DNA from: Octopus vulgaris
Lineage: Eukaryota
Assembly: GCA_951406725.2 (NCBI GenBank)
Contig: OX597839.1
Location: forward strand, 2,790,001-2,854,000
Direction: 5' to 3'
DNA length: 64,000 nucleotides
Positions 39,883 through 53,244 of this stretch are shown piece after piece (positions within the stretch are counted from its first letter, which is position 1; each line of letters opens with the position of its first letter). A program made the position numbers and the translations under genes. Below the pieces are notes generated by a model, which worked only from the letters and a program-made list of their open reading frames with translations, searched no databases and was not told the DNA's origin.

Positions 39883-41016
39883 TATTATGCCACCTCACTA
39901 CTCTTGCTCATGATTAAAAATGCACATATTGTCAGCCCCTAAGGGACATGCTCAACTGGTTAAGGTCAAGCAACTGAAAAGCAGATCTGTGGTATTGAGC
40001 AGAATATTTACTAATATTTCTGCTTCAGCAACTCAGAGCTGAATCTTTCTGAAATGTACTGGAAAATAGGTCAGTTTCAAAACACTGATGTCTAGGTGAC
40101 AAAAGCAAGGTTTGGAGGGAATAATAGTTATTTCTTTTGATTTCTAGATAGAAGCACATACGAAATAACACCTACTACTGACCCCCCCCCTCTTAAAAAA
40201 AAATCGTTATGCAGTGTTAATTCTATTTTCATTATCATTGAAAGTTGCAAGGCAACAGGCTACAGAAACATTAGCATGTTGGGTAAAATGCTTAGCAATA
40301 TTTCTTCTAGCTCTTTAGGTTCTGAGTTCAAATTCTGGTGAGGTTGACTTTGCCTGGCTTCCCAGACCCCAGTCGAACCGTCCAACCCATGCTAGCATGG
40401 AAAACGGACGTTAAACGATGATGATGATGATGATGATAATACATGTCCCACTTATCTGCAGTTGCACAGGAATTGAACCATGAGTTATGTGGTTAGAAGA
40501 AAGCATCTTAACTATATATCTATGTCTGCTCCTAACGATTTATGCAAGCATTTCAATTTCTCAGTTGCACCTAATTCAAGTACAGGTGAATGTGAACTGG
40601 ATGGATGAGGCAGTTATTGATGACATGTCATTAGGGTTTTTATAATTTTTTTTATAAGGAAATTCTGATTTTATTGATTAATATTTTCAAATTAGCTAAG
40701 CGCTTAATTGTTGTTGTTTTCTTTATTGCATACAAAATAAAACAAAAAGGCAAACTGAAGGGGAAAGGTAGAGAGAGGGAGAGAAGTTGTGGGAGGGGAG
40801 AGAGAGAGGTAGAGAGAGAGAATGAATGTGTGGGAAGAAGGGAGGGAAAGTGGGAGGATAGGAGGGAGAGTGTGTGTGAGAGTGTGTTTTTGAGAGAGAG
40901 AGAGAGAGAGGGAGAGAGAGAGTGTGTGTGTGAGTGAGAGGGGGAGAAAGTATAAACAAATTTTCTTTTACCGATTTCAAGAAATTGATGAGAATAATAA
41001 TTGGAATAATAATACT

Positions 41017-41047
<31 letters not shown>

Positions 41048-41694
41048 GTAATGCAAAATAAAGAAAAAGAAGTCTGTCTTAATTTTCACTGCAATCCCTT
41101 AATTATGATAGGAAGAAAATTTGTTAATTAGGTCACAAGTATCACTGCGTCTTCAGTCACTTTCATTGGCAACTGATAGTTCTGCAAAGCTTCCAAAAAT
41201 CCATCACTAATTACCAATTCTGTGATGCCAACACCTTTTCCTTTCTTTTAGTCCTGATATTCTTTGTTCAATACTATTTGTAAATTTAATGCTGATACTG
41301 GCAAATTGTAACTGCACATCCAGGAATCCTCCCTTATTTCTTTCATTCTAACTCCTCCTCTACTCAGCTGCTAGAGAAAGAGAAGTTAAGGTTTGATCAC
41401 TTGTCTTAAGTATTAGGGCTGGAATTTCTTTATTTATTGAAAGGCAAAGTTGATTATAACACAGGGCCAACTGCTGCTTTATGAGTGAATTTGTTTGACA
41501 GAAACTGTATAGAAACCCATTGTCTGTGTGTGTATGTCTGCATGTATGTATATATGATTTTATGTGTATATACAGTGTGTGTGTATGTATATATACAATC
41601 AGGGTGGAACCTGGTGCAGCCTCCTGGCTTATTAGCTCTCAATCAAACCACCCAAACATGTCAGCATAGGAAGCAGACATTAAATGATGACTAT

Positions 41695-41995
41695 CATCAT
41701 CATCATACGTCCGTTTTCCATGCTAGCATGGGTTGGACGGTTTGACCAGGGTCTGGTAAGCCATGGAGGCTGTACCAGGCTCTAGTCTGATTTGGCAGTG
41801 TTTCTATAGCTGGATGCCCTTCCTAACGTCAACCACTCCGTGAGTGTAGTGGGTGTTTTTTACGTGCCATCGGCATAGGGGCCAGAGCAGGCTGGCAAAT
41901 GGCCATGATCGGTTGGTGCTTTTATGTGTCGCTGACACGGATGCCAGTCAGGCGACGCTGGCATCTGCCATGTTCACATGGTGCTTTTTACATGT
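41695..41995 (-). mobile_element. SINE-like family C
   Basis: Same tail, central domain and tandem modules as at 21315. Confidence 0.85.
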
Positions 41996-43200
41996 CTGTC
42001 AATGAAATTCACAAGGTGTTGGTCAGTCTAGGGTTATGATAGAAGATACTTATCTCCAAGATGCTGCACAGTGGGACTGAACCTTAAACCACATGGTTGC
42101 AAAGCAAGCTTCTTAACCATAGAGTCACGTCTGCTCCTCTCCCTTTTTTTTCCCACCCGGTATACCTCCAATGATTATACAACAGTTTGGAACGGAAGAA
42201 ATAATTACCTGTTGTTATTTGCCAGGAATTGTACCTTTGGAAAATATTTGGAGGAAGGAACAATCTCTTAAAGGGTCTTAATGCTTGACAGGTCCTTTAT
42301 CTAATTAATCTCAGGGAAAATGAACAAATTTGACCTCAGTGGGAATTGAATTTAAAATGTAAAATGCTTCTATTAAATACTGTAAATATTAGTTTTAAAT
42401 TTTGGTCAAGGCCAGCAATATTGGGAGAGGGTGGTCAGTCGATTACATTGACCCCAGTGTTTAACTGGTACTTATCAACCCCGAAAGGATGAAAGGCAAA
42501 ATTGCTCTTGGCAGAATTTGATCTTAGAGCATAAACACTGTAAATATTTTCGAGGTGGTGAGTTAAGGGAGATTTGCTGCTATTTCTACCTCATTACTTC
42601 TTTGCTGATGCTTGTGATGCTGGTGGTGGTGGTAGTGATGATGGTGGTGGTAGTGATGATGGTGGTGGTAATGATGATAATATTACAAAGAAGAAAAAAT
42701 AGGTAAAAAAAAGGAAAAGAAAGAATTAGAATTCAAGACGACTTGAGGTGGTCTGTGTTGCCAAAGATTGTATTTGTTGGTGAAGTGTTATGTTTCTTAA
42801 GGAAAAAAAAATGAAAGGCAAAAAAAAAAAAAAAAAATTTACTTTATTGATCTAACAAGATTATTTACTTTGCAGATATTGAAAGTAATGTAAATAAAAT
42901 CTAGTTAGCAGGAACAACAGCAAGACTACAGAAAACAAATATAATAAAAATGGGGACCCCCTCCCTTCCCTGACGCTGTAGTTCTTCTCTATCTGTCTCT
43001 CTTTCTTTTCTTACCACCTCATTTTCTGTTTCACTACTTCACTAGTTGCCCTTGTATTACTTGTAACACAGATTTTATATATCTTCTATTAACTAATTGG
43101 CACTCCATCAGTTACAATGACAGGGGTTCCAGTTGATCCGATCAATGTAACAGCCTTCTTGTGAAATTAATGTGCAAGTAGCTGCGCACTCCACAGATAT

Positions 43201-43482
43201 ACTCTTTTACTCTTTTACTTGTTTCAGTCATTTGACTGCGGCCATGCTGGAGCACCGCCTTTAGTCGAGCAAATCGACCCCGGGACTTATTCTTTGTAAG
43301 CCCAGTAATTATTCTATCAATCTCTTTTTACCGAACCGCTAAGTGACGGGGACGTAAACACACCAGCATCGGTTGTCAAGCAATGCTAGGAGGACAAACA
43401 CAGACACACAAACATACACGCACGCACACATTATATATATATATACATATATACGACAGGCTTCTTTCAGTTTCCGTCTATC
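43201..43482 (-). mobile_element. SINE family B, 5'-truncated, next to a family D tail (43100-43198)
   Basis: B tail and microsatellite are present; the head stops at gtttccgtcta. Confidence 0.85.
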
Positions 43483-44079
43483 AGATCCTGGGCCACATTT
43501 CTAGCACCCAGCACCCCACTCACAACTACAACCATTTACTGCTTTCTGTAGCAAATTCAAAACTACTGTATTTCACAAATAAAACTTATCCATACCCTGT
43601 ATATTTCATTGACCCATTGAATTTTTTCAGCAAGTAAGGGAGAAAAACACTGGACTTGTTTCAGTCTTATTATAACCTCATTAGACTTCATTATGGTTGC
43701 TGAAGTAGTGATGAGAGTATCACAAAGTAAATATACCAGATTGTTTTGAATAGAAATATAGAACTGTTAACTGAATAAGTAATGGTTGAAATTAAAAATT
43801 CTGTTTAAAGATTTGGTTAGTAAAGAATGTTTGGCAAAAATAGATAAAATAAGAAATATAAAAAGAAATTAAAAAAATGTATGAAAGAAGTTCGGCAAAA
43901 TGAAATTACTAGTTCGTTCTTAAATTTTTGTTTTTGCCAAATTTTTATTAGTTAGAATAGAATAAAAAGATCTTTACTCAAATAAGTAAGAAAAAAATAT
44001 ATTAGAATTTGAGACCGGCTTGTTTCATCAAGAAATTATAGTTAAGGTTACAGAGGTACACAGAAGTGAGAAAATAATA

Positions 44080-44124
<45 letters not shown>

Positions 44125-44799
44125 GTAATAACAGCAATAGCAATTTTTCTTTTCTCTGTTTGCTATTTCTATTTGCTCTGTAGGAAATTACTTGAATAAC
44201 AGCTCAGAGAAAATAAATTGAATATAGACTTTAAATGAAATTATCATCATCATCATCATCATCATCAAACATCTCTTTTCCCATGCTGGCATGGGTTGGA
44301 CGCTAAGGTTTGACATGAGCTGACAAGCCAGAGGGCTGCACTGAGCTCCAGTGTCTGTTTTAGCATGGCATTTACAGCTGGATGCCTCCCCTGATATCAA
44401 CTACTTCACAGTATATTTGGTCCCTTTTTGTGTGGAACTAACACTGGTGAGGTCATCAAGGACCCGCAAGACAAAGCCCCCTCAACTAAGTGAGGCTATT
44501 ATATTAAAGGATAGGAAAGTATGGCAGAGAGACTATAATAATAATAATAATAATCCTTTCTATTATAGGCAAAAGGCCTAAAATTTTGTCCTCTCAATTT
44601 CTTATTACCACTCAGTACTCAACTAACACTTTGTTCTGGAGGATATGTATATTGAGTGAGTTCTACACCAAATTATTAACATTGCAATACTTAATTAAGC
44701 AAATGTTGTCCCTGGGTAAACAAGACATTAGAACGCAGGACCTGGTACCAGTCCTGCTTCCCCTCATCTCAAAGATTTCAGCAAAGTTGACTCCAGCAT

Positions 44800-45085
44800 C
44801 ATGTACAAGCATGAAGGCACTCTGGCAAAACGCTGCTCCTCTAAATGGGAACTTTACCTGTCATTGTGGTTTTGTGGCATGAAGCAAAGCAGGCCCTGCC
44901 GTCCACTCAAGAAAAGACATAGTAAATGGTTAACAAGCACTCAAGCAAACTGAGTCCTCGACTTGTTCCATGGGCCAAAAGGTTTGCAAGGCATCAGCAG
45001 GCCTCAAGAGACACATTCGTGTCCTTAGAACATGGTTACTACTTTATTCTACTAAACCCTCATTTGTCATTCATGACGAGAGAAT

Positions 45086-45090
<5 letters not shown>
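44800..45090 (+). pseudogene. Possible RTE-like LINE 3' end with decayed C2H2 fingers
   Basis: FTCHCGFVA*SKAG..VHSR and ..KVCK.SAGLKRHIRV across frameshifts. Ends cgagagaatccatc before (AT)n. Confidence 0.45.
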
Positions 45091-45129
<39 letters not shown>

Positions 45130-46092
45130 TGTGTGAAATTTGATTTAGTATTTCTAAATTGAATTTTTTCCCTGTAAGTTAGGATTAATTTTCTCTCAAA
45201 TAATAATTATTATATATGTAGATATATATATATATATATATATATAATAGTAATAATAATAATTCACTGAAATATTGCAGAAGTATTTTCATCCAAGTAA
45301 TATCTCAATGTAGCACTAAACTGCTTCAGGTCCTTCATTTTAGTTGCAACTAAATTCATCCTGGAACTGATAACACATACACACACACACACATGCCTGC
45401 ACAGACTCACACACAGAGTGTGAAGCAATTTGATTAATAAATAAAGTTCAAAGCAACAAGTCAGATGTTTACAGCTTCACCAGTAGAAAAAAAAATATAT
45501 ATTAAAATAACTTCCCATTTCCTACTCGTCATCTCTGAAAACCTCTTCATTTGAGAGAGAGTGTGTGTCTGTGTATATATTTGTGTATATGTGTGCTTCT
45601 GCAATATACTAGTTGACCTGAGAGCTATACATCTATCTATGTATTTATTTGTATATTTACTGCTGCTACTGATCATGATGATGATGATGCTAATGATGAT
45701 AATGATTGATGTTAGTTGTCAGTTGTCTATTAGGAGGTGCATCTTGTGTGATCCGCAGCAGAGCTATCCTTCATGTCAAGATCTACCACATGTGATGCAT
45801 CATGGTTTGGGCTGGCACTGGATCTGGCTTCAGTGTGATCCCTTGCAGAGCTATCCATAGCAGCCTCTACAACATTGTGGATCTATCAAACGGTCAGATT
45901 TGTGGATCAGATGCACGTGTGTGTCATCATCATCATCATTTAACATCTGTATTCCATGTTGGCATAGGTCGGATGATTTAACAGGAGCTGGTAAGCTGGA
46001 GTGCTGCACGGGCTCTAATTTTCTGTTTTGGCATGGTTTCTATGGCCAACTGCTAATGCCAACTACTTTACAAAGTGTAATGGGTGCTTTTA

Positions 46093-47100
46093 TCTTTATA
46101 TATATAAAACTGAGAATGTGTGTCTGTCTGTCTGTTTCCCTAAAACTTGAGAACTACACAACCAATTTCATTCAAATTTTACACATGCCTTACTTATGGT
46201 CCATGTAGTTTCATGGGCAAAAAAAAATGTTCAACTTCTTGCCTAGAACGAGCCCATAGCAATATCATATCTTCTCCACTATTTCAGTATTATGTGTTAA
46301 AAGTGAAACAAAAACGTTTCTCTATTTTATGTCAGATACTTTCACTTTAACAATAGAAATAATAATAACAATTGAATTATATGTAGTAAGTAATAATTAA
46401 AATCAAACTAAAGTATAATATAATCGTAACATAACAAAAGTAAAAATAGCAATTGGTATAAAATTGCATCTATGATTTGAACTTGAATAAGTGGTTTCAC
46501 ATGAATGGGAATAAATTAAAAATAAAATTAGCGTGCAGAAATGGAATAGTCCAGATGGATAATAAAAAATTAAATTAAAGTATACAATGTAGAGAAAAAA
46601 GAAGATTTGAACACATGGAGGAAAGCACTTTCGAAAAGTGTCTTGGTGCGGCTATGAAAGGTATCTAATCAGAGGCAGTAAATTCGCCACAATAGAAGCA
46701 AGGTTTGAGTCAACGGAGCGTGCAAGGGAGTACTCGACTCGAACTTGCAAAGTGGAAATATTTTACCTTTACTTCTATATCTGGGACGTAGGACGTCCCG
46801 GAAAAAAATTTAGAATGCCCCCACCCCAGAAGTAGAGGTAGGCTGGATTGTAGCCACAATTCTATACAAGAGGGAGGACAAGATACAATTGATCGAAATT
46901 ACAAGAGACGGGCTAACAATTCCAGTCTGTTATATATTTTGAGTATTGTTATCACTAGCGATATCAAGATATAACTTTGTATTTTGTATTTTATGTGTAG
47001 ATGTATATATATAGATGTACATGTAATATGTACACATATATATACACGTATATACATGCACTAGCACTATGACCCGGCAACGACGGGTCTTTAATGCTAG
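46093..47100 (+). mobile_element. Non-autonomous Helitron (~1 kb)
   Basis: A^TCTTTATATATATAAAA start with (TCTG)n, 3' hairpin gacccg-gcaacga-cgggtc (47071-47089), and CTAG^T end. Inserted at an AT site in a family C copy with no TSD. Confidence 0.92.
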
Positions 47101-47475
47101 TGTATATATATTCCACTCTGTTGAGTGGTTGGTCTTAGGAAGGGAACCCAGCTGTAAAAACTGTCAAAACAGAAACAAAAGTCTGGTGTTGTCTTCTGCC
47201 TAGCCAGCTCCTGTCAAACTGTCCAACCAGCATGGAAAGTGGACATTAAACAATGATGATGATGATGATATATGCATATATACATATACATGACAAGGCT
47301 TCTTTTAGTTTCTGCCTGTGAGATCTACTCAGAAAGCTTTGGTGAGCCTGGTGCTATACTAGAGGACACTTGTTCAAGGTGCCACACAGTGAGATTGAAC
47401 TCAAATCCTTTGTGGTTGGGTAGCAAATCTTCTTACCACACAGCAATGTCTGCATCTATACATGCCTGTGTATGT

Positions 47476-47512
<37 letters not shown>

Positions 47513-48410
47513 GTACTGTAACAAATTCTGTTCCACTCCCATTGAGCTGTATCAAATCACAGTTGTTTGATCAGATTAACAACTGTAATCCTCTCTTGGA
47601 ACTGTAAACACATAGATTCTGAATGAATACCATGAAATTTGTGCTTGTAAGCGCGCGCATGTGTGTGTATGTCTGTTTATGTAGGCATGCAATTGTGTGT
47701 ATGGGTGTGTGTGCTTATGTACCATAGCCTATGTGTTTGTATGTGCGTATCTGATCATTTTGTGTGTGTGTGTGTGTGGGGATTTCGATGCCTCCTAATT
47801 TGGGCTGTAAATACTCCGTTGTAAATCAGATAACACAACAAATAATGAGACGAAATGATGTGAGATGAGATGGTAGAGGATTGGAGACCAAGATGGAAAG
47901 AAGACAACAGTGGCTGGGCAGTGCACTGGTGGGGCGCCAGTGGTGGTGGTGGTGGTGGTGGTTGTGGTGGTGGTGCAGCATGTGTGGAATGGCAGATGAT
48001 GAAGTGATAATGGCGGGTGATAAATTTCAGAGATGGAATAAAAAATGAATGGGGATAAAAAAAATAAAAAAATAAACGAGGAAAAAAACATTTAAAGAAA
48101 ATACATTATTTTGTGTCAAAATGGGTTTAGCATTGGTTTCAATGATGAGCCTTCCAGCTGTTCTCATCAACGGTATACCCATTGTATTATCATAGTGTAA
48201 GGGACATAGATCAGAGATACCGGTAATACAAGCAGAATCTGCATGACACAGCATGTTGACAAGGCTAACCCTTCCAATTGCCTGTAGAGTACATTTAACT
48301 CTTTAGCATTCAGAGTACTCAGCCAAAAAGTAATGCTTATTTATTCATGTTGCTTTGAATTAATCATGCACATGAATGTTTCTTATTTTTAGAATATCAA
48401 GTGTTATGAA

Positions 48411-48877
48411 GGCGGCGAGCTGGCAGAATCGTTAGCACACTGGGTGAAATGCTTAGCAGTATTTCGTCTGACGTTACGTTCTGAGTTCAAATTCTGCCGA
48501 GGTCGACTTTGCCTTTCATCCTTTCATCCTTGATTAATTAAGTACCTATTTCTTTACTACCCACAAGGGGCTAAACACAGAGAAAATAAACAAGGCCAGA
48601 CAAACAGATTAAGTCGATTATATCGACCCTAGTGCGTAACTGGTACTTATTTAATCGACCCTGAAAGGATGAAAGGCAAAGTCGACCTCGGCGGAATTTG
48701 AACTCAGAACGTAACAGCAGACGAAATACAGCTACGCATTTCGCCCAGCGTGCTAACGTTTCTGCCAGCTTAATTAAGTACCAGTTACACACTGGGGTCG
48801 ATTTAGTCGACTTAATCCATTTGTCTGTCCTTGTTTGTCCCCTCTGTGTTTAGCCCCTTGTGGGTAGTAAACAAATA
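48411..48877 (+). mobile_element. SINE A containing an inverted SINE A (48547-48769)
   Basis: 13-bp TSD ttaattaagtacc at 48534-48546 and 48770-48782. Confidence 0.92.
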
Positions 48878-49309
48878 AATGTTTTTTAATTTTTAGGATG
48901 GCATAGTAGGGTAGGTGTGAAAGGCTGGATCTGACCGGTTTGAATGTAAAACAGGTAGAATATTTGGGCCAAATATGGTCAACTTAACTGCTAAAGGGCT
49001 GCTTGGTGGTGAACTGAGGCTGTTAGAGAAAACACGTATGAGGTATCATGTAAACTCTCTGCTTGGCACAGCATGTTCTCAAGGCTGGCCTTTTAAGTTG
49101 ATGGTAGAGGACGTTTGTCCCTTTATCATTCAGATTACTCTGTCAAATGTAATGCTTATTTATTCACATTGTTTTGAATTAACCATGCATTATTTCATAG
49201 CTTTGGGATTCCAATGATGTGATAGTTAATTTTTAGAATGACATCAGATAGGTGTGAAAGGCCAAATCTAGCCAGTTTGAACACAAATCATGTAGAATAT
49301 CTGGGCTGG

Positions 49310-49311
<2 letters not shown>

Positions 49312-49346
<35 letters not shown>

Positions 49347-50270
49347 TGTGTACAGTGCTCAGGTGCACTACAACTCATCTAAAGTGTATATATAATCAGG
49401 TGTAGTTTCGGCAGATTTCGGAAAGCATGAGGGCCTTAAAGGATGCAGTGTCATGGCAGTCAACAACTGACGCAGGCAGTTTATTCCATGCTTCAGCAAC
49501 TCTGAGCGTGAAAAAATGTTTCCGAAAGTCATGGGAGCTGTGTTGTTTTCTGACTTTGTAGGCATGTCCACGTGTGTTAGACACATGGAGATCAAAAAGG
49601 TGTTCAGTGTTGTTGGTGAGGTGGTTGATAACTTTGCGGGTGTTTACCAAGTCCGTCGCCAGACGCCGGAGCTTCAGTGAATCCATGCCCAGGGAAATAA
49701 GGCGCTCAGAATATGGTAGGTGTCTGATGGAGGGTATGCGTTTGGTTGCACGTCTCTGGACAGATTCCAGGAGGTCAATGTTCTGAGCAAGATAGGGGTT
49801 CCAAACTGATGATGTGAATTCCAAGTGTGGTCGTACCATAGCTATATACAGTTTTAAATAGATGGCTGGAGAGCGGCTAACAAAAGTCTTGCTGAGTGAT
49901 GCCAAGACACCCTCGGCCTTCTTGACAATTTTAGAGATATGCTTTGTCCAACGCAAATCACTGCTGACAGTGATGCCTAGGTCACGCTCGCAAGAGGATT
50001 TCTTGATATCAGTGTTGTGGAGGGAGTATGTGGACGCAGGGTTTTTTCTCCCAAAATGCATGGTGGTACACTTGTCCACAGCCAGTTTCAGTTGCCAGTC
50101 TGTGATCCATTGCTGCATTGTGTCTAGGTCTGATTGCAGGAAATAGTTATAGACATCAGGATCTGTCCTCTTGATTTCAAGGTACAGCTTGATGTCATCT
50201 GCATATTTCAATACTGTGGCATTCTTTAAATTGGCATCTATGTCATTAATGTATGCCACAAACAAGAGGG
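49312..50270 (-). mobile_element. 5'-truncated CR1-like LINE (RT C-terminal half)
   Basis: Intact 289-aa frame with YINDI..., KYADDIKLY, LQSDLD...W...WQL.LAVDKC, ERDLGI, VRPHLE, ESVQRRATK and RVAEAWNKLP. Short 3' UTR and (ATT)n tail. Confidence 0.93.
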
Positions 50271-51714
50271 GGGGGGGCTGGTTCAGTCCTGTAGCATCCA
50301 GGTTACTCTGTCAAATGTAGGGCTTATTATTTATTCACATTGTTTTGAATTAATCATGCATTACCATGATGGTGCTCCAGCATGACCACAGCTGAAACGA
50401 GTAAGGAATAAAAGAATATCTTGTAGTTCTGAGATTTTGATAATTTGATTGTTTATTTTTAGAATGACATTGTGGGTTGTGTGTGAGAGGCTAGATCTTA
50501 CTTGTTTGAAAATAAAATAGGCAGAATATTTGGGCCAGATAGAGCCAGCTTAATCCTTTGGCATTGAGATTATTCAGTCAAATGTATTACTTATTTATTT
50601 ATTCACATTGTTTTCAGTTAATCTTGCATTATCTCAAAGCTCTGATATTTTCATGATGTTATTGTTTATAGAGCAACATTGTAGGGTTGGTGCGAGAGAC
50701 TGGATTTGGCCAATTTGATCATAAAACATGTAGATTATTTGGGACTGATATGGCCAGTTTAAATGCTAAATGGTTAAAGACCAAACTGAAAGAAAATAAT
50801 GGCATTATCCCTCAGCATTCAGATTACTCTGTCAAATGTAATCCTTATTTGTTCCCAATGGTTTGAATTAATCATGCATTATCTTGTAGCTTTCAGTGGT
50901 GTTATTGTTTATCTTTAGAATGGTATTGTAGGGCAGGTGTAACAGGCTGGATACGGCAAGTTTGAACATAAAACTGGTAGAATATTTGAGCTGGATATGG
51001 CTGGTTTAATCCTTTAGCATTTAGATTACTTTGTCAAGTTTTAGAATGATATTGTAGGGGTTGTCTGAGAGGTCACATCTGGCCAGTTTGAGCATAAGAA
51101 AGGCAGAATATTTTGGCTGGATTAAATGCTAAAGGGTTATACTGTAGGAAGTTGGTTGAAACATGTCTTGGCTATTATTTCTTGTAGGTCTCTGTGTATA
51201 TGACGAATCAGATATTATTTTCATCTCTGCTCATTCAATCATTTTTTTCTCTCCAATATAATATATCCAGTGCTACATTTTCAAATGATTTCCATTCTTA
51301 AGCTGGTAAGGAAGTAAGGAATGATTTGATGGATGTTTTGGCTGCTATTTCTTGCATGACATCTTGGTATAAGAGGATTCACGTATTAATTTTCATTACA
51401 AAAGACATCATCTGCGCTCATTTAGTCATTTTCTCCATCATATATCCACTGCCACATTATCAAACACGCTTTTGTTTTAGATTGGTCGGAATCGATGTTT
51501 GACTGCTATTTCTTGCAAGCCGAGCAACTGTATAGAGACTCCCTAGTTTTGGAAGTAGTGCTGCATTTAGCTATTCTAGCAATGTCTTCTTGATTTCGAA
51601 GCAATAACTTTCCATGGAATCTAATACTAATCAACATTGAAAGATCTTATCACCCCCCTCTCCCACTGTTACTCTGAGATTTATGGAGTCATGCGGTACA
51701 CGCTTAAATCTCCC

Positions 51715-51945
51715 ACCCACCCCCTCTACTCAACAATGGACTCACTCTATTTCTGGTGTTAATCAGTACATACTATGTCCCTCTCCCCCAGCAATGGACC
51801 CATTCAATTTCTGGTGTTGCTCTGTTACATTCCATATCTTTCTGTACAATGGACCTACTCTACTCTGGTGTTATTCAGTACATGCTGCACCACCCCATCT
51901 CAGCAATGGACCCCTCACTTTTTCTAGTGTTACTTTGTACGAAGT
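51715..51945. repeat. Degenerate ~57-bp tandem repeat, 4 copies
   Basis: caatggac...tctggtgtt recurs at about 51734, 51792, 51847 and 51904. Confidence 0.75.
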
Positions 51946-52297
51946 AGCCCCGCCCACCACCCTACTCTCTTTTATTTCTATTTTCCCTGATGATTTTGCT
52001 TTAAAAAAATCATCAAATTGCTTTTTAACCCCTGGTTGGCTCTGGTAAAGTAGCTTATGTAATCAGGAGTGTTCAGATTTCACCATGGTCGATTTCTTTC
52101 CGTCCGTCCTTTTAGGATTGATGAAATAAGTACCAGCTGAGCACTTGGGTCAAAGTAATTGACTTAGCCCCTCCCCAAACTTGCCGGCCTTGTGCTAAAA
52201 TTTAAAAGCAGTATTTATCTGATACCTTATGTTTTCAATTCAAACCCTACCGAAGACCACATATATGTATGTATGTGTGTGTGTGCGCATGTTGAGT

Positions 52298-52552
52298 GAA
52301 GGTGCGTGGCTTAGTGATTAAGGCATTTGGTTCACGATCATAAAGTCATGAGTTCCGATCCTGGTGAAGGCATTGTGTCCTTGAACAAGACACTTTATCT
52401 TCACATTGCTATCAAAAATGAATTGCGCCTGTATTTCAAAGGGCCAGCCTCGACACATTCTGTGTCACGCTGAATCTCCCAAAGAACTATGTTAAGGGTT
52501 CACATGTCTGTGGAGTGCTCAGCCACTTGCATGTTAATTTCACGAGCAGGCT
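52298..52552 (+). mobile_element. Chimeric SINE: family E-like head and core with a family D tail
   Basis: gaaggtgcgtggcttagtg...tgtgtccttgaacaagacactttat then cctgtatttcaaagggccagcc...ggagtgctcagccacttgc. Confidence 0.65.
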
Positions 52553-52731
52553 TTGTGTGTGTATGTATTACGTTCTGAGTTCAAATTCCGCCGAGGTCAA
52601 CTTTGCCTTTCATCCTTTCGGGGTCGATAAATAACGTACCAGTTTCGCACTGGGGGGCTATATAATCGACTCAATCCCTTCGTCTGTCCTTGTTTGTCCC
52701 CTCTATGTTTAGCCCCTTCTGGGCAGTAAAG

Positions 52732-52771
<40 letters not shown>

Positions 52772-52865
52772 TTATGTGTATGTATGTTTTAGTGCAATTA
52801 ACTCCTGTTTGTATATCCAAGACATATGTTTTTATATATTCCTCCATGTCTGTTTGTCCTTGCAG

Positions 52866-52948
52866 TGCTAACCCTCCACACCATGGCAGAGAAAATGAAC
52901 CATGCGATACGTGTACAGAAACAGAATCCATTTTAAGTAGTCGAAGAG
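52866..52948 (+). CDS. dvl: Next Dishevelled coding exon (DIX-PDZ linker)
   Basis: Acceptor tgtttgtccttgcag|T and donor AGAG|gtaaca. The first T completes CA|T = His of RPPSFH, then ANPPHHGRENEPCDTCTETESILSSRR, similar to the Dvl 'DxETxTESxVSxRR' segment. Frame is compatible with 23676-23788. Confidence 0.88.
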
Positions 52949-53244
52949 GTAACATTCTTCTTTTTATATATGTTTGTCCGCTGTTTATTACTTTTTGTTT
53001 TTTAAAAACATTTCTCATTGCTGCTGCTTCTGTTGTTGCCGTTTTATGTGAGAAGATACCTGGGTAAGTTAGTGTGAAAGGATTTGATAAACAGAAGGGT
53101 CCACTGTATGTGCACATATGTGTGAGCACAGCCCTGGTTCTGCTAGATGACTGATTGAGAAGCATGATGTTTGCTAGACTATTGGCATTGCAGTTGTGGT
53201 TGTTTCTGTAGGATTTTTGCTTCCTTTTCCACTTCGTCTTGTGG

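Larger units (their letters stand above)
48295..51139. mobile_element. Head-to-tail cluster of ~220-bp piggyBac-like MITEs
   Basis: TIR ttaa(c/t)c(c/t)tttagcatt ... aatgctaaagggttaa. Copies at ~48295-49000, 49119-50290 (split by the LINE), 50288-50550, 50550-50777, 50804-51009 and 51006-51139. Fragments also near 13040 and 15030. Confidence 0.75.

Noticed and set aside
42876-42884. 9-nt AG/GT-bounded microexon (ATATTGAAA)
   Set aside because: Introduces TGA in the Dvl phase-2 frame, and the donor is weak.
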